Shown one piece after another: positions 25,801 through 37,912 of a stretch of 64,000 bases of DNA; position 1 is the first letter of the stretch; each line of letters begins with the position of its first letter. Below the pieces are notes generated by a model. That model did not search any database and was not told the DNA's origin. It saw only the letters and a program-made list of their open reading frames with translations. The stretch is from positions 26,040,001 through 26,104,000 of the forward strand of contig OX442314.1 of NCBI GenBank assembly GCA_949358305.1. The letters run 5' to 3'. The DNA comes from Strigamia acuminata. Taxonomy: Eukaryota. The position numbers were made by a program, and so were the translations under genes.

Positions 25801-27478
25801 AGCGAATCAATCAATGTGTTTCAACACTGCTTCCAAAGGATTTTCGTCAAATTCGCACTCAATAGACTTGTTTGCAATTTCCTCACTAAGTTTTGCACAA
25901 CTTAAACGCCATTTCCAATTAATTTTTTAATTGTAAAATATATTTGCAAGACTCGGCAATTTAACGACACAAGATCAAAGATGAAACAAGTAACAGAATG
26001 CGCATATTTTCATGTGAAACATACATTCAAACTGACAAGGGAAGCACACGTATAAGATACTCACAGATTGTTGCAATATTAAACGTGAAGGATTGTTATA
26101 TCATGCTGAATGAGATCCTAAAATAATTTCATTCCATAAACAGCCAACAATGTAAACAATGAGCTCAAAGTTTGCACTATTTTGTCTGTGTATACATCCA
26201 ATCTGAGCAATCAGGCCTAGCGTATGAATACTGTAAACAACAGTTGCTAGGTAAAAAATAGTTCCAAGATCCAAGTTGAATTTTATCATTTGATATTCAA
26301 TGATGTCATTTCATCAATTGAGATTTAATGATGTCATGACATCAGAACTTTGTTCACCAACATGACTGTTTTCATGAAGACAATAATAGTTTGTAGTTTT
26401 GTAGTTTGGTCGAAAACCGAAAATGATCACGAAATATTTTCTGCATGTAAACACAACAATTTGATTTTTTCACCACTAAAAATATTTGGCAGATGTAAAC
26501 GTAGTATAAATAACATAAAACTAACAATATTTTTTAACCATACGAGGTTATTTAGTCTAAATAACTGTAAGAATATTGCTGCTTTAATTTAAACGAGTTT
26601 TTCTTCGCCCTAAACGACCATTCATCAAATTAAAATGATCATTAACCAACAAAAGCTTGCACGTACAAAACACACACGAGATATAAATATCTATTCACTT
26701 AATCTTTAAAACCCACTATACAACCAGTCAATTGCAAACAATTTCCCTCGAGATGAACCAAAGAAAATGTAAAAAATAAATAAACAAATATAAATAACCG
26801 TAACAAATACGGCAAGATTGATTGACTTAGATTATAATTTCATTTTCTGCTCCATAATCTCGACATTATAATCATATCACTTAACGACGGTGGAAAATGA
26901 GTTTTCTAGGCCCCCCCTCCTTAAACGGACTCGACTCAATTCCTCCATCGTTTTGTGGTTGAAAGAACTTTTGCCATTCTATGCAACTTTTTTTCTCCCT
27001 ATTATTCCATTTCTATTTTTTTTATCCTTTATTATACTATTTTAAATGCAATCGACTGAAACAAAAGAACAAAAATAAAAAAAAAGAATTCATCCTTACA
27101 AAAAAATCCTTTTTATGGTTCCACAAAAATATTTCTTCAAATAAAAAAAAAAACTCCCTCCTATTGTTTCTTTTTCTATTTATCCAAATTTTCTAAAAAG
27201 CATTTGATCAAACACCTAATCCCGAAATTCTGCAGTGAACATATCCATCCCCTTGTCAGACCCAACGGCGAATCTCATTAACGCATTAAAACAGAGTAAA
27301 AAGAAAACGAACTCAACTCCACTGCCGTCTAATTAAAAGTTCCAAAATGCACAAACCCATGAAATTTCCACCTCTTTCAATTCTCGCTTCTTTCCCTCAC
27401 CCAATATCTCCTTCATCCCCTCATCCATACGGCCCAAAAATATATTTGACAAAATATATTGCTTTACACTTAACACTA

Positions 27479-27904
27479 TACTCGAGTTGCACTCAAAAAG
27501 GCACCTCACAATGTGTACTCCCATTGGTCGAGCCAGTTTACTGGTGTAGTGATCCGGAAAAGTAGACCCAAACACCAGAATTGCATTACAATGTACAGAC
27601 ATTGCAATCGATTGCCTAGGCAACAGCCTAAAATTCAAACTTCCAGACGATGTAAGCAATAAACACAACAAACATGAGTTTGACATTTTTTAATGTGTAA
27701 AACTTAATTTTAATGATGGAAATAACATTTTTTATTAAATGAAATCAAAATAACATTAACTAAACTAGTCATAACAATCACAACAATAAATAAAAAACAA
27801 AACTACTTCTCCTAGTAGTAATATACAGTCTGGAGTTAGTAGTAAACTGGCTCGACCAATGGGAGTACACATTGTGTGGTGCCTTTTTGAGTGCAACTCG
27901 AGTA
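27479..27904. mobile_element. Complete TACTC MITE with ~64-bp TIRs and TA TSD
   Basis: TA TACTCGAGTTGCACTCAAAAAGGCACC...TCGAGCCAGTTTACT and its near-perfect reverse complement at 27841-27904, followed by TA. Confidence 0.95.
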
Positions 27905-30410
27905 TAGAACAGCCGGAATTTCCCCCTACCGAGAACGGCCAAAAGTTTTAATGACTAAATGATAAATTAATGTGCAATAATGTAAAATATATATACATAT
28001 ATATGCATTTTATGAATGAATATTTGACAAATAATAATATAGGGAATGCATTTCCTAATATATTTTACAAAATATAATCATTTCGAACCAATAGCACGCA
28101 ATGCTCTTCAAAATACATTGCAATACGTTGCAATATAATTCCAATGTATTTTTGAACCAAATGTGCAACCATCCATTCGAAATTGTATGTATTTACTTTA
28201 AAAAAAAAATTAAAAATTATCAATTTATTAGTTTAATTGTAAGAATTATTAACAAACTGATAACTGAAGGCTATCAATTTAACATTAGGCTTCCTGTACT
28301 GTATCATCAACAACTCATAATCTCTTTGTTTATCTCAACCACAAGAAAAATTATGAATGAAATGAATGATGGGTAAAACTGATAACCCTGAAAACTAAAA
28401 GATAGATGATAGTATAAACTACAGAATACTAATGCAATAAATAGCAAACCCATTGCAAATTGTGCTGCTTTTGCACATTTTCATTTTCTGCAATTTTTCA
28501 CTTCTTTTCTCAAAAAAAAAATGAAAAAAAAAAAATAATACAAAATAATTGAGAATGTATTTTTTAGATGACTGCAAACTGTGATATTTATGCAATGCAA
28601 CAACACACTTGTAATACAAATCTCACTTTTGTTGATAAATATGCATTTAGATTGTTTTAAAGGAGATTAACAAGACTAAAAAAGCTTTAAAATGCAGCTA
28701 ATAAATTTGGTCTATATATATAAAATTTTCTTACATTTAATGTTGAGTTTGCTCCAAATTTTGATGCAAGAATTATTATCCTAACATTTTAATTAACATT
28801 AAATAAAATTATTTTCCCATCCAGCCCAAAAAATCCGCGCATTTCAACACCTATTACACAATAAATGTACAACATATTCAATAAATCATGTCATTTCAGT
28901 AAAAGTATGATGGCAAAGTGAAGAAAGAGGTAAAGAGGCCAACCATTAAAAACGAAAAAAAAAAAATCCGTGTTTACTTAAAACTCGATAATTTTTTCTG
29001 AGACACTTTGAAAAAACTAGGTCTCTGGGCTGTGCGTGATGTTACGATGCTTCACAGGATAAAAGGGTTTATCACAGACGTGATGATGCATGATCAAACG
29101 TAGAAGACACCTAAAAAAGCTAATACTTCTTAACTATGACGTATTTCGTAGATGCTCATACACTTCTAAACGATACGCAGTAGCCTTGTATTGCAGCAAA
29201 GCCAAACAAACAGGTTTTTGCTACTTCACCTTTATTACTTTCGCTTTGTATAATTGATTTTACTGCACTGTTTGACCTCGCTAGAACTTTCTACATCGCC
29301 ACATACAAAGCTGTTAATGAAGCATCATGTTTTTGCGAACAGCAAAATTAATTGCTAAAGTTCTAGAAATTATTTTCCGCGAAAAAGTTAAAGTTATTCA
29401 AGATTTTTATAGAACTTTCGAGACCTCGAGGATCTGGGTTCAAACTTCTAATTGTAATAACACGACTTGAAATTTCATATTTACTTTCCCGGAAAGTCAA
29501 GTAAACGGTAAATACAATCTTTGCATCGTATTTACTTGACTTTCTGGTAAAGTAAATATGAAATTTCAAGCAGTGTAATGCTCGATGTTTTAAAAAAGTG
29601 CGTCTTGGAATCGACGAAACACGTTAATAATTAATATTCTTTGATTGATTTAAGTTTAATGTGTTGACAGAACGAGTCGTAATTGGTTGAATGAGTGAAA
29701 ATGAAGGAATTTTAAACACAATTTATACTTTCAAAACCCCAAACCAAAACTATAAACACTAAAAGTTTATTAGCGCAAAAACTTTTAAAGTTGCAGATAT
29801 TTTCTTTTCAAATTTAAAAATAAGACCACGCAATTACTAATCATAAATTATTTCCACACTAGAAATTCTAGTTAATTTAAGTTAATTCATCCCCTTTTGA
29901 CGTCAGATTATGACGGCAGGAAGGAAAAAAGTAGTAATTACTATTAAATTTTAAACACACGACTGAAATATTTATAGCTTTAGAGCTAATTGGAATAAAT
30001 TCACATCAGAAAAACAAGCCATTACAACCTAAATTACGAAAAAAGCTAAATTCCTCATTTCCTGCTTAAACAATTAATACCTGCACAATTAACGCACAAA
30101 CAAATAAACAAATTAAAAAAAAATACCACAACTTTGAAACTTCCAACAAAAAACACACAAAATGCCAAATGTCACAACCCAAAACAAGAAATAACTCGTT
30201 CCCGCCGATTCCCAACGATAAAATACAAAACTCTGCACTTACATTGACTAATCTTATCCAGACCACAACACACAGCTGACTGCATAAACAAACCCGAATT
30301 TCCTTGACCTATCACTGCACCAACAACAACAAAAAAAGATCCAATAGCGCCATTCACGCTGTTTTATCATCGAGCAGCATCAGAAACCGACATTTTTCGA
30401 GGTCGCTTAC

Positions 30411-30495
30411 CCCTTTACATTCCTGACTTTCATCCACCACAGACTGGGTCAAGACGAGCAACCGTGACGTAACGCCATAAATCAAGAAATTCACA
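30411..30495 (-). other. Candidate 85-nt non-coding or poison exon
   Basis: Acceptor ttgttttccatttgctatAG| and donor GGG|GTAAGC in a CpG-richer patch. If joined after ...MTK it would introduce a TGA. Confidence 0.3.
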
Positions 30496-31023
30496 CTATA
30501 GCAAATGGAAAACAATGGCAGGAATTCACGATAATCAGGCTCTACGATTCCCTCTCACATTTCCTTTAATTACCTCCCGACAAAGTTAGAAAAATGTGCA
30601 TTTTTTGTAACCAAATTAGTTCCAATTAAAAGAAATGGAATGGAAATTGAAAGGGTTAATTTTCAGGAATGTTTATTACATTCTTAAACAGAGACGGAGA
30701 TGGGAATAAGTTGTTCCGGTGATTGATGGATGGATCGACACCCAGATATCTTCATCAAATGCAAATGAGAAGGAAAATTCCAAAGATTCTTTATCAAATA
30801 AGATAAAAAGGATTGGTGGGATGTTGGAAGTGGGGAAAGGTTGGTGGAGAAGGAGTTTTTAAGGAGGGAAGAAATGCAATTCATCAGAATTAACTGCTCA
30901 ACATTCCATTTTTAGTGTAATGAAGATAAATTCCACTTTTGCTTCATCAATTTTTTATTTAATAATGAAAAAAAAAGGGAAAAGAAAAAAGAATTGAAAA
31001 TGATGATTAATTTTTATGTATTA

Positions 31024-31709
31024 TTTGTATTTGGATGAACTTCGTGATTGTTGTGCATAGAAATGCATTTTATGCTCAAAAAAGCATTTTTTTTTTAAAA
31101 AAATGCATTTTGTCCACAAAAAATGCATTTTGTCCTCAAAAAAATGGATGTTATGCTCAAAAAATGCATTTAATATGCTCAAAAAATGCATTTTATATGC
31201 TCAGAAAATGCATTTTATGCTTAAAAATGCATCTTATGCTTAAAAAAAATGCATTTTTGTATTTGGATGAACTTCGTGATTGTTGTGCATAGAAATGCAT
31301 TTTATGCTCAAAAAAGCATTTTTTTTTTAAAAAAATGCATTTTGTCCACAAAAAATGCATTTTGTCCTCAAAAAAATGGATGTTATGCTCAAAAAATGCA
31401 TTTTATATGCTCAAAAAATGCATTTTATATGCTCAGAAAATGCATTTTATGCTTAAAAATGCATCTTATGCTTAAAAAAAATGCATTTTACTACTCAAAA
31501 TTTGATTTTTCTCTTAAAAATTGCATTTTTCTCTCAAAAATTGCATTTTTCTCTCAAAAATTGCATTTTTCTCTTCAAAAATTGCATTTTTCTCTTCAAA
31601 AATTGCATTTTTATGCTTAAAAAAAAGCACTTTCTGTGCATATCTTGGAAAAAAAGCACTTTCTGTGCATATCTTGGAAAAAAAGCACTTTCTGTGCATA
31701 TCTTGGAAA
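31024..31709. repeat. Compound satellite: 232-bp near-perfect tandem duplication (31024-31487), then 20-21 bp and 29-bp units
   Basis: tttgtatttggatgaacttcg at 31024 and 31256; aaaaattgcatttttctctc units; aaaaaagcactttctgtgcatatcttgga x3. Confidence 0.95.
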
Positions 31710-34206
31710 GCAGCAAATACAGACACAGACCTTTGTTTAGCAAGAAAGCCGTCTTCAAGACCCATCATTTGCCCCCTGCAGACCTATTGATCAAGAGATC
31801 ATTGTGTCCCAAAGGTACTGAATTTATCTTCAGTTTATCAAAACAAATACAACTATTCATATTTAAATCAATACTCCCGAGACGTATCAATTCAGATGCG
31901 TATTCACCAACAGGCATTTTCACCATTAAACTCATTTTTCCATCCACGAGACTTCCACTCTGTCAATCTGCAATTTTCCTCCAGGTTATCAGTTAATCCT
32001 AATACTCTGCTAGCAGCCAACACCAAACAGGAAATTAGGATTTTTTTCCATTGATTTCAGTCCCACCAACATCAATAATAGCCATTTTTTGAGAATAAGA
32101 GCATTTACTTCGAAAAAAATAAATTCCTGGTTTCATTCTTATTTTTTGTCACATTTTTTGGCACATACGGTCTTAGTCGCTGCTTGCACCGGTAAATTCT
32201 ATTCTCTAAGTCATCTTCAACCTTTAAGCTTTACCGAATCACATCCCATAAAAAAAAAAACAAGCCATTCAGTTATTTTAAACCACATCTTCAATCCAAC
32301 ACTCAATAAAAAAATCACTCGTGATCATTGGAGACATGCCACGCTATCACAACTTTTGCTTTAAGTTGATTAACTCTTCTTCACTTCAGGATGTGACATT
32401 TTTTTACGTCTCATTTTACTTGAGTGGGCCCATTTATTTTGTTTAACTTTAAGCAAGAAGTTGTGCCACTTATTTTTCTTAATAACGACGCAATTTGTAC
32501 ATGCTCTCTTGAACAGTCATGTTCATAAGCATGCGCACTAGTAATAATAACATTTTATTTAAAAGCATCCAATAGTAAGTCATTAAGTGCGTTCAAATTA
32601 GTTTAGCAAATGCTTAAAACATCGCTTACAGAAATAAACTAAGTGAAATAAATTACTTAATATTTAATGCTCGCAAATGAAATATTATAAAGACGAACAT
32701 GCATATGCTTGTGCGCAGTCCATATTGTTCAAAAATACATTGAAATCATACTGAAATGCATCGAGTTTTGCAAGAATGCATTTTGTAATACATTATATCA
32801 TGCTATTGGTTTGCAAATGATAATATATTTGTAAAATGTATTATTGCAAGCGTTTTCAAATGCATTTTTTCAATTGTACGACTGCTTTTAGTAAATTTGG
32901 AAAGATGACAAAAATTATTGAGTTTATGAACTTCGAGAGTTCAAAAGTTATGGATAAATAAAATTGATGAACTTTTACATTGATGAGTGAACAGGTCGAT
33001 TCATATACATCAAATAAAGCCAAATATATGATTCAAATAGTAAATATTTTTTTCACAAAATGATTCTTTGCAAAAATTTGGAAAAATTGAAAATTTGTTT
33101 GTATTACGAAACGCATTATTTAATGTACAAAGAATAGACTTAATTCCACAAAATGCTACACATCAAGTGAAAAGCAATGTATTGTAAAAAAAAAATTATT
33201 TTAAAACCACACACGAGCTGAAATCTGAAGGTTCACAGCACTTTTGCTAAGTGACACTTTTATTATTTCTATTTATTCGAATGCCTTACTTTCTCGAGCA
33301 ATTCCAAGTCCCGATCCCTTTTAAACATTCAATAAGCCTTCACCACACCACTCAAACGCTAACGAGCAGAAAATACGCATAAACGAAAAATCCATCTTCA
33401 AAACTGCCACGAATCATTTCTAAAGGTCAACTCGCATTTTTCAGACGGAGCCACCGGGTCAAAAGCCACATTTAATTTCCGAATCTTCCTATCGATTTCT
33501 CCCACGAGATTGACACCAACCTAACCGTCCCCATTTGCATTTTATCAGCAGAGGTCAACCCCTTTTGATTGACTCGCCAGCTCTCCCCGAGGGCCAAACG
33601 GAAGTCTGAGACTCGCAGCCCTCCATCTTGCTTGCAGCGCACAAAGAGAAAAATATCAGCCAAGGAAGAACGAGCTAAGAAGCGAGAAAAAGAGACTCCA
33701 CTGGAGAATCTCGACCTCTCAAGAAAAGGTCAATTCAATTGTCCACTGCTAAACTCGCTTCCTGTTGGCCAAACTTTGTGTGATGGACACAAAGAAAAGA
33801 TGGCAGCCACCTTTAAAAATATAAGAGACACTAGTGGAATTACAAGTAGGCCACTCGGGGGAGTAGCTCCATCCAATTATCGGATGGGACGGACCAAGGA
33901 CAAATCCCGACAATTAGGTTTGATAGTCGGCAAGAGGCGCGCTCGGGCTCTCGAGATGCTAAACTTCATTTACATGTAGGGAAGGAGAGGAGAGGAAAGA
34001 GCTGTCACTTTGGCTAGCTCGAGATGGAATTTCTAGATTAAAAGCGCGGCCAAGGGATCCTTTCCATTTAATACGCTGCTTTCGATTATGTGCAATAGGG
34101 AAGGAACGAAGGAAGGAAGGATGGCCAACCTAAAGCTAATTAAACATTTTTTCACTTAAAGCACTGCGTTCCACTTTAGATTCCACACCAAACGAAGTTT
34201 GAAAAT

Positions 34207-34315
34207 TGCAGTTAAACATGTTTGCTTGTTTACAACTTTAAATGTCGTGCGCATGCCCACTGCGACTAAAAGCAGATTCAATCAACCGCCATTTTATATT
34301 CAGTTAGATCGAGAC
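34207..34315 (+). mobile_element. Dispersed repeat (tgcagttaaacatgtt...gtgcgca..cccactgc); also ~50428-50505, 54375-54423, 16860-16960
   Basis: Visible pairwise similarity. Confidence 0.65.
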
Positions 34316-34366
34316 AACCATATGGGGTTCAAAAATTTATTTCATTGACAGTATTTCTGCAATTAA

Positions 34367-34757
34367 AGCCTAGTTCACATGGATGCGTTGAAGCAGAACG
34401 CGCAAGCATGTGCCATCGCGCATTGTCAACGCAGCAACAAACAACGCATGCCAGTTCACATGTTCACATTGTTCTGACAAACAAAAAGGAATATGCGGGT
34501 TGTTTGTATCTGTAGCCATTTTTGTTGACAATAAATAGTGACATGTAGCAGCGCCGTATCACCTAGCGGGATATTCTGGCAACTAAAGTGCATTGCTGCG
34601 TTGAAGTTGAAAATTGTCAACTCGTTTTGTATTCGTTCCAAATGCAAAATGGACATAAACCAAACGAAAACAGTCACAAGTTCAATTGACTCTAGTAAAA
34701 AACGCGAAATAACGTCGTTAATTTCTACATAACTAATGAATAAGTGTGAACAGTCTA
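34367..34757. mobile_element. Harbinger-like MITE relic
   Basis: Ends agcctagttcacat / gtgtgaacagtct in TWA context; degenerate. Confidence 0.45.
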
Positions 34758-35566
34758 AAAATAGATCATTCACACTTGTAGAAAATAGACTTTCTAAAAG
34801 TCACAACTTCTACATAAGTGGTTCAAGTGTGAGCTGCCACCGGAAGCGGTGATTTGAAATAAGAGCGGAACAATATGAACGCATTTCTTCAATTGTATTA
34901 TGAGATGCATTATTTAATGTAGAAATAATAGTTAATTCTGAGAAATATTATTCATTTTGGAACGCATTAACTGAACAGCAATATAAGATATTGCAAAATA
35001 TATTTTTCAACCATATGACTATGTTTATCGTAATTCCAAGAATTTATCCCACGCCATTTCATTTCACGTACAAAAATTCACTGCAGGAGTTCAAAAAATA
35101 TTATTCTTTGACCAACCACCACATGCATTGATCCATCCCAATCGCCCCATTATTTATAAATGCATTAATAAATAATTCGTCTCCATTTAACTACGCCATG
35201 CTTGTCGCCACGTTATGCGTTTTTGTGATTCCATAAATTGATCATATAATTGGTCCGCTCCATTCGTTCTCCCTTTGACAAACAAGGATTATCAATATTT
35301 CATAATTAATCTTATCAATATGCCCATCATTCTCACTTTAAAACAGTAATTACTATTCCATTTATTTACAACTTATACATGTACAAAAAAGTGACGATAA
35401 AATCCACAATCATTCATTTAAATTAAACAGGTGGAGAAAACAGCTGTGGAAAAAGCACTAACATCAATTTGCTATCGCATCTTTCACCTGTCATCTTGAT
35501 TTATCTCTGCAACAAACGTACCAAAACCACCTGGTGTCCAACTTGTGTACAAAAAAAATCACAACT

Positions 35567-35640
35567 ACATACCTGAAGAAACACACTTAACAACAGTAAA
35601 TAAATTGTTCAAACAGAAGACGGAAAAAAGACAAAACACC
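35567..35640 (-). other. Candidate recursive splice site (ratchet point) TTCTTCAG|GTATGT, or donor of a T-rich non-coding first exon
   Basis: Minus strand gttttgtcttttttccgtcttctgtttg...gtgtgtttcttCAG|GTATGT, junction at 35573/35572. Confidence 0.45.
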
Positions 35641-36151
35641 CGATGATAAAGATCACAAAGTGAGAAAAACACAGTCCAGACTCCAAGGTTGTTTTTATGC
35701 TGCCAAATGTTGACTTGGTGCGAGCGCCAAACTGAACCTGCAGCAAGAAAACCAGAGAATTCTTTCTTCCCCGACCCAAAGCTGCAATAGCTAACAACAT
35801 GTTTACACAGTCCTGTAAAAAACCCCATTGGTTGGACCCACGATTTCTGCATTTTGCATTTCCGCCATTTTTGTGTGAAGCAATGATGTCCAAACGTGAT
35901 ACAGACACCATCTGTTGTTGCCTGACAAATGGCAGATAACTATGACTATGACAATTACCCTTTATTGGCATTGTTACACACAGGAGTCAAGAGCCAGCCT
36001 CTTTTTCGCAGGAACTAGGCATACATTTTCAGAAGCCAAGGCGACTGGTATTTCTCGACCCCTAGGTTGCACAGATGTATGCTTTTCGAGTGTGATTGCC
36101 AGCGGATTGTGTAAACAAGAATTAAAAAAGTCATAATGTCACTGGTTACAT

Positions 36152-36286
36152 CAGTGGTTCCCAAACTGCGCTGCCGCAGGCATACAGGGACGCTGGACTA
36201 ACTTGCAGGGGCACTGTGACCACCTACAGGGGCGCCTTGACTGGTATACAGGGGCGAGGTAAACCAAAAAAGTTTGGGAACCACTG
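36152..36286. mobile_element. 135-bp hAT (Charlie-like) MITE
   Basis: Perfect TIR CAGTGGTTCCCAAACT / AGTTTGGGAACCACTG; perfect 8-bp TSD ggttacat. Confidence 0.95.
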
Positions 36287-36351
36287 GGTTACATGATTAG
36301 CGCAAATAATCCCAATAGAACGCGAGATTCTATTACAACGCGAGCCATTGA

Positions 36352-36771
36352 TAATAAATGTCTAAATTGAACAAAACGACTAAAATAAATGTCTAAATTG
36401 AACAAAACGACTAAAATAAATGTCTAAATTGAACAAAACGACTAAAATAAATGTCTAAATTGAACAAAACGACAAAAATAAATGTCTAAATTGAACAAAA
36501 CGACAAAAATAAATGTCTAAATTGAACAAAACGACAAAAATAAATGTCTAAATTGAACAAAACGACAAAAATAAATGTCTAAATTGAACAAAACGACAAA
36601 AATAAATGTCTAAATTGAACAAAACGACAAAAATAAATGTCTAAATTGAACAAAACGACTAAAACAAATGTCTAAATTGAACAAAACGACTAAAATAAAT
36701 GTCTAAATTGAACAAAACAACTAAAATAAATGTCTAAATTGAACAAAACAACTAAAATAAATGTCTAAATC
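36352..36771. repeat. 31-bp satellite, ~13.5 units, inside a TIR-bounded element (~36300-36936)
   Basis: Unit aaataaatgtctaaattgaacaaaacgac(t/a)a; the flanks aatagaacgcgag / cccgcgttttatt are inverted. Confidence 0.95.
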
Positions 36772-37539
36772 GATCAAAAACTCGAAGCATATCCATAAAA
36801 TCATTTAAACTCGTTTAAATTTTTTAAACCAATCAAAATGTAAAATTTCATATGCACCACCAACTAAACAAAATTTGCGGAGTAAATCTGAATTTCATAA
36901 TTAGAAAACCCGCGTTTTATTAGAAAATTTACATTAGTTAAATAAATTAATTTAATCAACTATTTAAAAGTAATTGAATGATCTTACAGTTTTAAACTCT
37001 CTTCAATTATCAACAATGACTTTCCAGAAACGAGGAAGGTCAATGAAAGAAACATAAAAACGTGCACTGCAACACTGCTCTGAGCATTACAAATTCAGCC
37101 CAATATAAAGATGATCCTTTCAATCTCTTCACAGACCACTGTCCAATTATAGAACAGAAAGCTCCCCTTGGAAAACAAGACCCAGTCAATCATGAAAAAA
37201 ATCCCTCGCAGGTAATTGTCCAGTCACCTCGAATCATAATTTCACTCGGTAACAACTGCAGCTTATATGCTTTACACCTCATAGGTTATTAACGTGTACA
37301 CATTAGCAACCTACGAAACTCTGAATAAAACCAAAGTTCAATTTAGTCACCTGACCTCGCTCGGTAACGTGCAGCTTCCCACATCTTGCCTTTTTAGATG
37401 ACCGAAAATGCTCTCTAATAGAACACCCGCGCTCTATTCACAGAACCGAAATTCCCCCACGAAAGAAATGATTAGGCGATAATTAAAATAAATTTCCAAT
37501 CTCAAAAAATTTATTTGTGCTTATAAAAAGTGCATCATG

Positions 37540-37912
37540 CATCTTAAAATGTATTTTGGCACTTTAATATGCATTTTTGTCACTTAAAATGCATTTTTGG
37601 CGCTTAAAATGCATTTTTAGCACTTAAAATGCATTTTTAGCACTTAAAATGCATTTTTAGCACTTAAAATGCATTTTTGACACGTAAAATGCATTTGTGG
37701 GCTAAAAAAATGCATTTGTGGGCTAAAAAAATGTATTTTTGAACTTAAAAAATAATTTTTGGAATTAAAAAATGCATTTTTGGACTTAAAAAATGCATTT
37801 TTGGACTTAAAAAATGCATTTTTGGTCTTAAAAAATGCATTTTTGGTCTTAAAAAATGCATTTTTGGAATTAAAGAATGCATTTTTGGACTTAAAAATTG
37901 AATTTTTGGACT
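37540..37912. repeat. 20-21 bp satellite (aaaatgcatttttggactta) inside a TIR-bounded element (~37401-37980)
   Basis: Tandem units; the flanks aatgctctc / gagagcatt are inverted. Confidence 0.9.

Noticed and set aside
26065..26117. Possible 53-nt minus-strand exon (tttTAG ... CT|GTGAGT)
   Set aside because: Short pyrimidine tract, frame-shifting length, no independent support.
31795..31812. bantam-like GAGATCATTGTG; similar partial matches to miR-219 (35884) and miR-184 (~59930)
   Set aside because: Only partial matches and no precursor hairpin visible.
31035..31996. Overlapping ORFs up to 171 aa
   Set aside because: Translations of satellite units (KNAF/KMHF/KCIF repeats); the same applies to the ORFs at 12706, 37644 and 48450.
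33569..33979. 136-aa plus-strand ORF
   Set aside because: Non-ATG start, low-complexity K/R/E content, opposite to the inferred transcription direction.
36352..36771. 31-bp repeat array as a CRISPR array
   Set aside because: Units are head-to-tail with no unique spacers, there are no cas genes, and the context is eukaryotic.
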